A program made the translations under genes and the position numbers. DNA of 64,000 nucleotides from Dehalococcoidia bacterium. GTDB lineage: Bacteria; Chloroflexota; Dehalococcoidia; Lucifugimonadales; Australimonadaceae. Where the stretch lies: assembly GCA_965219845.1 (NCBI GenBank), contig CBDCOP010000006.1:496005-560004 (forward strand). Reading direction: 5' to 3'. The stretch's first letter is position 1, and each line of letters starts with the position of its first letter. Below the pieces are notes generated by a model that saw nothing but the letters and a program-made list of their open reading frames with translations, was not told the DNA's origin and did no database searches. This document shows, piece by piece, positions 36,871-45,596 of the stretch.

Positions 36871-38391
36871 TCACATTCCGGCAGAGCGGTTCCGCCATGG
36901 AACGCCCACGGCGACCAGGAAGGTGACGGCGGAGCCGGGCCCTGCGCCGACGGCGTCCACGACCTCGTCGTCGTAGAACGTCAGCCCCGACGCGCCGAGT
37001 CCCAGGGCATAGGCCGCCAGGTACACGCGCCCAGCCCTGATGCTGGCGTCGAGGTGGGCTGTCCTGTATCCGCGGGCGCCCCACCTGCTGAGGACGGCCG
37101 GCATGTCGGCGATGAAGTACAGGTCCGCCGCGGCGTCCCCTCCCAGGGGCTGGTCCAAGTCCAGATGCTCGGCCAGCGTCCGGGTCTCTGATGCGCTGAC
37201 CGGTTGCAGCGCCCGCGGCGACGGCCTGTAGCGATAGATGCCCTCCGCCAACCCCTCAACCGCGTTGGCGAAGACGTACAGGTCGTTGAACGCTTCGCGC
37301 GGGTCAGCGCCGTCCGGCTCAGTGGGGCGCCCCGCGGCATCGAGCATCGCGGCGAGCGCCGGGAGGCTGATGGGGTCGCGGGCGAACCTACGCGACGAGC
37401 CGCGCTGCAGGACAACGTCCTCCAGCGCCGTCGTGAGCGCCCCCCTTTCCCTCAGCCGGACGAGGCTTGCGCCTACGGGAAGAAGCTCCTCGTCTGGCCT
37501 CGGCTTCGGATCAACCGTCGCTGGGCCATCGAGCACGGTGGCCGCGTGCGCCTCGCGGATCGATGGGTAGTCGATCGGGTTGCCGGACAACGGAACGACG
37601 GGCGTATCGATGCGCGCCGGGGCGTCGACAGGCGGCGCGTCGGGCCCCGTGCCGACGGGCAGCAGCGCGACCGACACCTCCGTTTCCCCATCGACGTCGA
37701 TGAGGTCGTTGATCGCCGGGTCCCCGTACCTCGTTACGAGGTCGGCGCGCAGGCCATTGGCCCGCGCCGCCGCCAGGCTGTGCGCGAGGATCGTCCCACT
37801 GTCCCAGAAGGCATGCCGGTACGTCCTGCTCTGGTACTTCCAGGCGTTGCGCCAGAACGTGGACGTGTAGACCACAACGGCGGCGGGGGCGTTCTCCAGA
37901 CCCGCAGCCTGCATGGCCGCTCCCCGGAAGTCTCCCTCCCGGACTCTGCGCAGGGTGTTGTCGTGCGCTCCGTAGTGGTACACACCGGCGGGCAGGCCGG
38001 GCAAGGCTCCGCTGACGACGTAGAGTTCGATGTGGTAGAGCGCGCCCGTGCATGCCGCCGCGCGGAAGTACATGTAGCCCCTGCCCGCCCGCAGCCGCTT
38101 CGTGATGCCGGCGGAGAGCTGCAGGACGCTCGCCAGGTTCGACAGCGTCAGTTCCGCGCTGCCGGCAGGCAGCGGGTCTGCGTGTAGAAGCGCATCGCCG
38201 ACGGACACGCCGGTCCTGCTCAGCTCCAACGACAGCGGCGCCTCCGGCAGTGCGGCGTCGTACAGCTTCCACGGGCGGGGCATGTTCGTCCAGTCGAGCA
38301 TGTGCCCCCCGCGCCGGATGCTCTCCACGGAGTGCTTCGTGGCCTCGTGGTACGCGAGGATCGCCTCGACGCCGGAGCCGCTCAGCGTCAC
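36871..38391 (-). CDS. SagB/ThcOx-type dehydrogenase (double nitroreductase-fold)
   Basis: AYHEATKHS N-terminal signature; two nitroreductase-like halves; 506 aa. Confidence 0.8.
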   Translation of the reverse strand: MTLSGSGVEAILAYHEATKHSVESIRRGGHMLDWTNMPRPWKLYDAALPEAPLSLELSRTGVSVGDALLHADPLPAGSAELTLSNLASVLQLSAGITKRLRAGRGYMYFRAAACTGALYHIELYVVSGALPGLPAGVYHYGAHDNTLRRVREGDFRGAAMQAAGLENAPAAVVVYTSTFWRNAWKYQSRTYRHAFWDSGTILAHSLAAARANGLRADLVTRYGDPAINDLIDVDGETEVSVALLPVGTGPDAPPVDAPARIDTPVVPLSGNPIDYPSIREAHAATVLDGPATVDPKPRPDEELLPVGASLVRLRERGALTTALEDVVLQRGSSRRFARDPISLPALAAMLDAAGRPTEPDGADPREAFNDLYVFANAVEGLAEGIYRYRPSPRALQPVSASETRTLAEHLDLDQPLGGDAAADLYFIADMPAVLSRWGARGYRTAHLDASIRAGRVYLAAYALGLGASGLTFYDDEVVDAVGAGPGSAVTFLVAVGVPWRNRSAGM

Positions 38392-38402
38392 CTCGTCATC
38401 CG

Positions 38403-39284
38403 CTAGCGAACGACCGCAGCCTCGTAGCTGAGGCTGCCGGCCTGGTCGGCCGTGAAAAGATCGTGCAGCACCATCCAGCGGTGCGTCCGCTCGAAGACCT
38501 CCACGGTGTACGGCTCGAAGACGATGCGCTCGCCGATGCCGCAGCGCCGGATGTCCAGCATGGAGTGGTATTTCTCCGGGATCTCGTCCAGCAGGTAGTG
38601 CTTGTACCGCTCAGGCTCAACGTCGATGTCGCGCTGGGCTCGCTGCAATGCGCGGAAGTACTTCGCGGCGTCCTCGTCCGTCGCCGTGTCCTGGATCAGG
38701 AAACCGATCATGAAGGACGTGTCGACCACTTTCCTGAACCCCTGCTGTTCCAGTATGTAGGAGTGCGTGCCGAAGACGTTTCCCGCCTGGACTCGGCGGT
38801 CCAGCAGCAACTGCATCCTGTCCAGCGGGCTGCCCATGAACTGCAACTCCACGTGCTCCGGGCCCAGCAGATATTCGAGCGCCTGGAGCGCGGAGAAGTG
38901 GCTGCCCGAGTGGTAGCCGACCGCGACGGGCACGTCCGCAAGCTGCTCCGGTTCGGTGATAGGCGATTCGGGCGGCGCCCATATCCCGGACGGCGTCACC
39001 GAGTAGGCGTTTCCCCACATCCGGCCGTGTTGCGCGCTTGCAGCCATCCCCACTGCCCAGTGGCACGCCGAACTCACGTCGCACGTCCGGCCCGCTTGCA
39101 TCGACTCGTACGCGCCGCGCTTCACCTCACCGGGCGCTCCCTCGGTCGAGTTGACGGACGGGTTGCGCGACTTGTCGTCCGAGTGTCTGAACACGTAATC
39201 GAGGCCCTCGTCCGCGAAGTAGCCGTTCTCCTCGGCCACCCACTCCTGCAATCTGGTGTGGGGCTGAATGATGAACGTTGCCAT
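38403..39284 (-). CDS. NMT1/THI5-like (periplasmic-binding-fold) protein without signal peptide
   Basis: 293 aa with SsuA/THI5-like pattern (VAVGYHSGSHFSALQALE). No N-terminal hydrophobic segment. Confidence 0.6.
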   Translation of the reverse strand: MATFIIQPHTRLQEWVAEENGYFADEGLDYVFRHSDDKSRNPSVNSTEGAPGEVKRGAYESMQAGRTCDVSSACHWAVGMAASAQHGRMWGNAYSVTPSGIWAPPESPITEPEQLADVPVAVGYHSGSHFSALQALEYLLGPEHVELQFMGSPLDRMQLLLDRRVQAGNVFGTHSYILEQQGFRKVVDTSFMIGFLIQDTATDEDAAKYFRALQRAQRDIDVEPERYKHYLLDEIPEKYHSMLDIRRCGIGERIVFEPYTVEVFERTHRWMVLHDLFTADQAGSLSYEAAVVR

Positions 39285-39465
39285 GACGCCTCCTCTGCGT
39301 TCCGACGATTCCTCAACCGGCGATTCCGATGCCTCATGCTACGGCCATGCAAGTAACTCCGCAACGAGACCGAACGCAACCGCTTCCCCTCCGTCCGGTG
39401 ATTGCCTCAGCTCCCCGGCGGATGGATCAACCGGTGCACCCGTGCCCCTGCCCTCCTCTGCTAAC

Positions 39466-40221
39466 ATGTTTCCCATGCAGGACTTCCTCGTTGCCAGCGG
39501 CCTGACCAAGAGCTTTGATGGCGTGCAGGTCGTGGAGTCAGTCTCGTTCACCGTCCGCTCCAAGGAGATATTCGGCCTGCTTGGCCCGAACGGCGCTGGG
39601 AAGACCACCACCATCCGCATGCTTTCCACCGTCCTCGACCCCGACGACGGCGACGTGAGCATCGGCGGGCACTCCGTGGCGCGTGAGAGCGATGCGGTCC
39701 GCAGGCTCATCGGCGTCTGTCCGCAGGAGCTGGCCCTCTACCCGGAACTCTCCGCGACCGACAACCTCGTCTTCTTCGGACGCATGGCCGGACTCTCCGG
39801 CAGCGAGGCGAAAGAGCGCGCGGCGGACATACTGGAGCGCGTCGGGCTCACGGACCGCGCGAAGGACGCCGTGCGAAAGTACTCCGGCGGTATGAAGCGC
39901 CGCGTCAACATTGCCATCGCTCTCATGAGCCGGCCGCAACTGCTCTTCCTCGACGAACCGACCGTCGGCATCGACCCGCAGTCGCGCAACCACATCTTCG
40001 ACACCGTCCTCGCCCTCCGGGACGAAGGGATGAGCGTCCTCTACACCACCCACTACATGGAGGAGGCGGACCGCCTCTGCGACCGCATCGGCGTCATGGA
40101 CGAAGGGCACATCATCGCGCTCGGCACCCCCACGGAGTTGAAGACCCAGATCGGCGACCCCGACACGACGACCCTCGAAGAGGTTTTCCTCAACTTCACC
40201 GGCAGGAGCCTCCGCGACTAG
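39466..40221 (+). CDS. ABC transporter ATP-binding protein (ABC-2/DrrA type)
   Basis: Walker A GPNGAGKTT, signature YSGGMKRR, Walker B LLFLDEP. ATG 39466 or 39475. Confidence 0.92.
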   Translation: MFPMQDFLVASGLTKSFDGVQVVESVSFTVRSKEIFGLLGPNGAGKTTTIRMLSTVLDPDDGDVSIGGHSVARESDAVRRLIGVCPQELALYPELSATDNLVFFGRMAGLSGSEAKERAADILERVGLTDRAKDAVRKYSGGMKRRVNIAIALMSRPQLLFLDEPTVGIDPQSRNHIFDTVLALRDEGMSVLYTTHYMEEADRLCDRIGVMDEGHIIALGTPTELKTQIGDPDTTTLEEVFLNFTGRSLRD

Positions 40222-40222
40222 C

Positions 40223-41407
40223 ATGACGCGTCCCATCCTGCTCGCACTCCTGGAGGTCAAGCGCTTCCTCGCCGACCGCGGTGCGCTCGCGTTCAGCATC
40301 GCGCTCCCCATCGTCCTGTTCGCCCTCATGCTCGGTGTATTCGGTGGCGAGGCGTCGTTCAACGACACCGCCCACGTCGTCGACCTCGACGGCGGAGACG
40401 CAGCGCGCGAACTGATCGAACGTATCGAGGACGTAGAAGGCCTCGATGTCAGGCTGTACACGGAAGCGAAGCTGGACGACGCGCTCGACCGGTCCGCCGT
40501 TTTGACCGGGTTCGTCATCCCTGCGGGGTTCACGGCTGCGCTTGAGGGCGGCACTCCTGCCGCCATACATGTCAGGCGGCGCGGCAGCGGCGGCGCCTCA
40601 GGGCAGATCACGGCGTCCATCGTACGGGGCGTGGCGGACGGCCTCGCCTCCGAGTACGAGCTGCGCCGTGCGCTCGCCGCCCTCGTCAGCGATGCGACGC
40701 CGCCGGAGCGCGTCGAAGCCCAGACCGGGATCCTCCTCGCCGATGCCCGCAGGGAGCCTCCCGTCCGCGTCGTCAACCAGACGCTCGTTGAGCAGGAAGA
40801 GGAGGAGGACATCCTAGACCGCCTGCTCCCCGGCGTCATCGTCATGTTCCTGCTCTTCTCCGTGACGCTGAGCGCCCAGACCCTCATCGAAGAGCGGCGC
40901 AACGGCACGCTGGAACGCTTGCTCACGACCCAGTTGAATGCCGGTGAACTCTTCGCAGGGAAGTTCCTGGCAGGGGTCAGCCGGGGCATGCTGCAGACCC
41001 TCGTGCTCCTCGTGCTGGCATTCGTCGTGCTGCGGGTCGGGGGACTGAGCGCGCTCGCTCAGAGCGCCGTCCTGGCGCTCGTGGTCTCCGCCGCTGCCAG
41101 CGCGATAGCTCTCGTCATCGCCACCGTGGCGCGGACGGACGATCAGGCGACGTGGGCCGCCGTGTTCGTCACCATGTTCATGACCGTTTTCGGCGGCACG
41201 TTCTTCCCCATCGGCGACTCCGGCACGCTCGAACTCTTCAGCAGGTTCACGCTCAATCGATACGCCATCGACGCCTACGAGGGCATCCTCGCCGAGACGG
41301 CCACACTTGGGGACGCTACATCCGAGGTCGCCATTCTCGGCAGCGTTGCGCTGGTGTGCCTCGTCATCGCGCGTGTGCTGTTCCGCGTCTCGTCGGAGAC
41401 GAAGTGA
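40223..41407 (+). CDS. ABC-2 family permease
   Basis: N-terminal TM helix, large extracytoplasmic loop, C-terminal multi-TM ABC-2 domain. Confidence 0.85.
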   Translation: MTRPILLALLEVKRFLADRGALAFSIALPIVLFALMLGVFGGEASFNDTAHVVDLDGGDAARELIERIEDVEGLDVRLYTEAKLDDALDRSAVLTGFVIPAGFTAALEGGTPAAIHVRRRGSGGASGQITASIVRGVADGLASEYELRRALAALVSDATPPERVEAQTGILLADARREPPVRVVNQTLVEQEEEEDILDRLLPGVIVMFLLFSVTLSAQTLIEERRNGTLERLLTTQLNAGELFAGKFLAGVSRGMLQTLVLLVLAFVVLRVGGLSALAQSAVLALVVSAAASAIALVIATVARTDDQATWAAVFVTMFMTVFGGTFFPIGDSGTLELFSRFTLNRYAIDAYEGILAETATLGDATSEVAILGSVALVCLVIARVLFRVSSETK

Positions 41408-42588
41408 TGCGCCTCTTCGTACGACAGGCCCTTCTCCTCTCGCTGAAGGACACCCGCCTCTTCTTCAAAGACAGGTTCGCCCTCGGCTTTGCGCTCCTGT
41501 TCCCCATCTTGTTCATCGTCGCCTTCTCACTTGCGCTCGGCGACATCGGCCCGGAGGACGAGCAACTGCGGATGGCCGTGGTTACTGAGGAGGACAGCGG
41601 CTTCTCCCGCCAGGTCATCGACGTGCTCACCGCCGCAGAGGCGACCGGTGTTGACGAGTGGGACCCGAAAAGCGCAGGGTTGGCGCTGCACGAAGGCCGC
41701 ATACCCGGCTATGTGCTTTTCCCCGTGGACTTCACGCAGCGCATATTCAGCGGCGGGAGCGCGGAGATATGGGTCGTCACCGCCGACGGTGACCCGGAGA
41801 CCGAAGCCGTGCTGGGCGGGCTCGCGCGCTCCATCGGCGGGCGCATCGGTACGCTCAGTCTCGCCGCGCGTGGTGCGGCCGAACTGGAAGGATTCGGTTC
41901 GTTGGACCTCGTCAAACTCGGCGAACTCGGGGCGGCGCCGCCTTCTATATTCTTCACGACCGAGCAAGTGGGCGACGTGGAACCGTTCAACGCCTCCAAC
42001 TTCACGCTTCCTGGTTACCTGACGATGTTCGTCTTCTTCGCTGCCGCTCTCGGCGCGGAGGCCATTGCCCGCGAGCGGCAGACCCAGACGCTGGAACGCC
42101 TGCTTGCGAACGGCGTGCGCCGCTCCTCCATCGTTGGGGGCAAGATGCTGGCCAGCCTCTACCGCGGCTTCCTGCAGCTCGCCTTCCTCTGGCTGCTGGG
42201 CATCTTCGCCTTCTCCATCGACTTCGGCGCCTCCCCGCTGGCCGTCATCGCCGTCTCCGTGTTCATGGCCGTGGCGTCGTCCGCATTCGGCGTCATGCTT
42301 GCGGCGCTCGTGCGCACGGTGAAGAGCGCGTCGTCCGCCGCGGTGCTGGCGTCGCTTACGCTCGCGCCGCTCGGGGGGTGCTGGTGGCCGCTCTTCATCA
42401 CGCCGGACTGGATGCAGGCGCTCGGGCGCCTCACGCCGCACGGCTGGGCGAACGACGCGTTCAACAAGCTCATGCTCTTCGGCGCGGAGGGGCAGGACGT
42501 TCTCGTGAACATGGCCGCGCTCGCCCTCTTCGCCGTCGGGTTCCTCGCCGTCGCCGTCGCCCGCTTCCGCTCCGTTCAGGCGAACTAG
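41407..42588 (+). CDS. ABC-2 family permease (second subunit)
   Basis: ATGA overlap with the upstream stop. Same architecture as the preceding gene. Confidence 0.85.
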   Translation: MRLFVRQALLLSLKDTRLFFKDRFALGFALLFPILFIVAFSLALGDIGPEDEQLRMAVVTEEDSGFSRQVIDVLTAAEATGVDEWDPKSAGLALHEGRIPGYVLFPVDFTQRIFSGGSAEIWVVTADGDPETEAVLGGLARSIGGRIGTLSLAARGAAELEGFGSLDLVKLGELGAAPPSIFFTTEQVGDVEPFNASNFTLPGYLTMFVFFAAALGAEAIARERQTQTLERLLANGVRRSSIVGGKMLASLYRGFLQLAFLWLLGIFAFSIDFGASPLAVIAVSVFMAVASSAFGVMLAALVRTVKSASSAAVLASLTLAPLGGCWWPLFITPDWMQALGRLTPHGWANDAFNKLMLFGAEGQDVLVNMAALALFAVGFLAVAVARFRSVQAN

Positions 42589-42589
42589 G

Positions 42590-42853
42590 GTGAGTGAGTC
42601 CCGGGATCTGGTGTTCACCAGTCACGCGATTCACGTCATGGCAGAACGAATGATCTCCCGCGAATGGGTGGAGCGTATAGTGGCAGGGCCAATCTCTCGT
42701 ACACCAGACTCGAGCGATGATGAAATCGAACGATTCTTCGGTTCCATCCCTGAGCGCGATGGGCGAGTTCTGCGTGTCGTTGTGAATACTCGCGTTGCAC
42801 CGTGGCGAGTGGTGAGCGTATTCTTCGATAGGAACATGAGAGGCCAGGCATGA
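42590..42853 (+). CDS. DUF4258-family toxin-like protein
   Basis: VFTSHAIHVMAERMISREWVERIV signature. 4-bp overlap with the next gene. Confidence 0.75.
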   Translation: MSESRDLVFTSHAIHVMAERMISREWVERIVAGPISRTPDSSDDEIERFFGSIPERDGRVLRVVVNTRVAPWRVVSVFFDRNMRGQA

Positions 42854-43050
42854 AACTGAATGTCGACAAGAGGTCCGATGCGCTCTATCTGCGCCTCGAT
42901 GATTCGGCCATAGCCGACTCTGAGGAAGTGTCGCCGGGCGTAGTGCTCGACTACAACGATTCCAACGAAGTCGTCGGAATCGAGATGCGCTACCTCTCGA
43001 AGCGTTCCTCGGATTTGAACCTGTACGCCGTGGAGTTGGAGACGGCCTGA
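42850..43050 (+). CDS. DUF2283-family antitoxin-like protein
   Basis: DALYLRL...GVVLDYNDSNEVVGIEM signature; 66 aa. Confidence 0.75.
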   Translation: MKLNVDKRSDALYLRLDDSAIADSEEVSPGVVLDYNDSNEVVGIEMRYLSKRSSDLNLYAVELETA

Positions 43051-43079
43051 CTCCCCGCCCTACCTCCTGCTAACGCAGA

Positions 43080-43110
43080 AGCGCCGGTGGATAATCACCG
43101 GCGCTTTGTT
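43080..43110. terminator. Bidirectional rho-independent terminator (AGCGCCGGTG-gataat-CACCGGCGCT followed by TTGTT)
   Basis: Perfect 10-bp GC stem followed by a T-rich tract, read directly from the sequence. Confidence 0.65.
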
Positions 43111-43131
43111 CGTGTGCTGCGTACTCGCGGT

Positions 43132-43195
43132 CTACTGCCAGCAGTCGAACCCCCAGCCGCCTACGGTGCCCGCTTCCCCTCTGTACAGACGAACT
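43132..43195 (-). pseudogene. Relic 3' end of a LigB-type dioxygenase gene (paralogous to 45597-45660)
   Basis: Encodes ...LYRGEAGTVGGWGFDCWQ*, compared with ...VYRTPAGTGGGWGFGRWQ* at the intact gene. About 120 nt of DNA similarity, including the downstream hairpin region. Confidence 0.65.
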
Positions 43196-43312
43196 AGAGG
43201 CCCCGCCCACTGCCCATGGGTTCGTGGCAAGCCTGCCGATCGACTGCGCTCCGAGTGAGAACCATGCAGATTGCAGCTAGTACTTTCAATCTGCATGGTT
43301 TCTCGCCGCACT

Positions 43313-44099
43313 ATGCCCATGATTGAGCGTGAAGTCACTCCCCGTCTGACCGCCCTGTTCGGGCAATATCCGTTCGTCAGCGTCACCGGCCCACGGCAAT
43401 CGGGAAGACTGCGTTGTGCCGCGCAGCCTTCCCCTATCTGCCCTACGCCAACCTGGAGGCGCCGGACCAGCGGGAGTTCGCCGAGTCCGACCCGCGTGGA
43501 TTCCTCGCGCAGTTCAGCGATGGAGCCATTCTCGACGAGATTCAGAACATTCCCCACCTCCTGTTCTACCTGCAGGTCATCGCCGACGACAGAGGCGGCA
43601 ACGGCCTCTTTGTGCTCACCGGCAGCGAGCAGTCCAGGCTCTCGGACGCGATCAACCAGTCGCTGGCCGGACAGACTGCGCTGCTCCGTCAGTTGCCATT
43701 CTCGCTGGAGGAACGGCAACTGACCGGCGCGAGCGAAGCCGTAGACGACCTCCTCTACTCAGGGTTCTACCCGCGCATCCTCGACCAGAAGCTCGACCCG
43801 TGGCAGGCGTTGGGCGACTATTTCGAGACCTACGTCGAGCGTGACGTGCGCCGGATAGGGGAGATACGCAACCTCTCGAATTTCCGGTGTTTCGTCCGTC
43901 TCTGCGCAGGCCGGGTGGGCCAGTTGGTCAACCTCTCTTCGCTCGGTTCGGACGCCGGTGTTTCCCACACGACAGCGCGCGAGTGGTTGACCGCCTTGGA
44001 AGCGAGCTACATCGTCTTCCAGCTGCCGCCGTTTCACGCCAACATCCGAAAGCGGCTCACGAAATCGCCCAAGATCTATTTCTACGACGTCGGCCTAGC
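43313..44099 (+). pseudogene. AAA+ ATPase (DUF4143-type), 5' part: frameshift in Walker A, then interrupted by IS481-family element
   Basis: GPRQSG|KTALC requires one extra nucleotide at 43402-43407 (GGGAAG versus GGGNAAG). The coding sequence ...YFYDVGLA stops at the IS boundary. Confidence 0.75.
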
Positions 44100-45132
44100 T
44101 GTAGTTCCCATAGAGGTTGTTGACAAGTGAGAGGCCTCGCTGTTGCTGTTGTGTGAACGAACCCAGCAGTAACAGGAGGCCTCTCATGACCCATCGTAAC
44201 GCACGCTTGACTCCCGTGACTCGCGCTGAGCTGGTCGAACAGGTGATGGACGGCTGGCCCCAGGCCGAAGTGGCTCGCTTGTTCCGCGTCTCCCGCTCTA
44301 CCGTCTCGAAGTGGGTGCGTCGGTTCCGCGAAGGTGGGGCAGACGCGCTCCACGATCGTTCCAGCCGCCCCCTACGCAGCCCCCGCCAGACCGCTCGGTT
44401 CCAGGAAGCAACCATCTGCGCTGCACGCCGTATGCTTGCCTGGGGACCGCACCGCATCGGGTGGAAGTTGGGCATCGCTCGCTCCACCGTCTACGCCGTG
44501 CCGGGCTTCACCGCCTCGCGTGGCTCCACCGCACCACACGGGAGATCGTTCGCTACGAGCATCCCCGTCCTGGCGCGCTGGTTCACCTGGATATCAAGAA
44601 ACTCGGTCGCATCCCGCAGGGTGGCGGCAAGCGCATCCTGCCCGGGTTCGCAGAGACTCGCAGTGGCCCTCAGCGCGGCCCTCGCCTCGGTTTCGACTTC
44701 GTCCACGTAGCCGTGGACGACCACTCCCGCTATGCCTACGCCGAGGCCTTGCCGGACGAACGCGGCGTGAGCGCTGCTGCTTTCCTGGTCCGGGCGCTTG
44801 CCCACTTCGAACGCCAAGGTTTCACGGTCGAGCGCGTCCTGACCGACAACGGCGCCTGCTACGTGAGCCGCATCTTCACCTCTACGGCGGCGGCACGAAA
44901 CCTGCGGTTGAAGCGCACGAGGCCCTTCCGGCCTCAGACCAATGGCAAGGCGGAGGCGTTCAACAAGATCATGCAGGCCGAATGGGCCTACCAGCGGCCG
45001 TACTCTTCCAACCGTGAGCGGCTCGAAGCGCTGCGTGGCTTCCTTGCGTATTACAATCACCAGCGTCCACACGGCGGCATCGGCGGGACCACTCCCGCCT
45101 CCCGGCTGTAAACAATGTCCCTGGGAACTACA
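44100..45132 (+). mobile_element. IS481-family insertion sequence, 1033 bp
   Basis: Terminal inverted repeats TGTAGTTCCCAtaGAggTTGTTgACA and TGTAGTTCCCAggGAcaTTGTTtACA. 6-bp direct duplication CCTAGC at 44094-44099 and 45133-45138. Confidence 0.9.
44186..45111 (+). pseudogene. IS481-family transposase (rve integrase core), reading frame split at about 44480-44490
   Basis: AGGAGG RBS plus ATG 44186. HTH part lies in one frame (…GIARS). The DDE core (HLDIKKLGRIP...DNG...TNGKAE) lies in the overlapping frame of ORF 44311-45111, one base short of continuity, and ends ...YNHQRPH. Confidence 0.8.
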
Positions 45133-45540
45133 CCTAGCCAGTTACCTCATAGGCATCGAACGCCCGGAGCAGATCGCCACGCATCCTCTTCGCGGCGCCC
45201 CCTTCGAAAACCTCGTCGTGATGGAGGCGCTCAAGCATCGCTTCAACCAGGGGCGTCAGTCCAACCTCTCGTTCTACAGGAACGCCGGCGGCCTCGAATG
45301 CGACCTCTTCTATGAGACAGGCAGCGGTATCGGCGCGATCGAGGTCGAGGCCGGAGCCACGGTCTCTTCCAGCTATTTCACGGCCCTCAACCGTGTCGCT
45401 GAGGTGGTCTCGGGCATCTCGGCCAGGGCGGTCGTCTACGGGGGCAATGACGCGCAGTCCAAGAATGACGCTGAAGTCGCCCCATTGAGTGGCCTGCGTG
45501 AAGCACTGGAGTGGTTCGACGGGATGCGCAGACCCCAAAG
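45133..45540 (+). pseudogene. AAA+ ATPase (DUF4143-type), 3' part after the IS
   Basis: Removing the IS and one TSD copy restores ...DVGLASYLIGIERPEQI... The natural stop is unclear: the frame stays open to 45865, antisense to the next gene. Confidence 0.6.
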
Positions 45541-45596
45541 CAGAAGCGCCGGTGGTGGTCCACGGGCCCTTCGTTCGTCTGTTGTCTACTCGCGGC

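Noticed and set aside
35065-42588. A thiazole/oxazole-modified peptide (TOMM/RiPP) cluster, suggested by the SagB-type dehydrogenase lying next to an ABC-2 exporter.
   Set aside because: No YcaO/cyclodehydratase, no docking protein and no plausible Cys/Ser/Thr-rich precursor ORF lie nearby. The exporter is divergently transcribed and could be unrelated.
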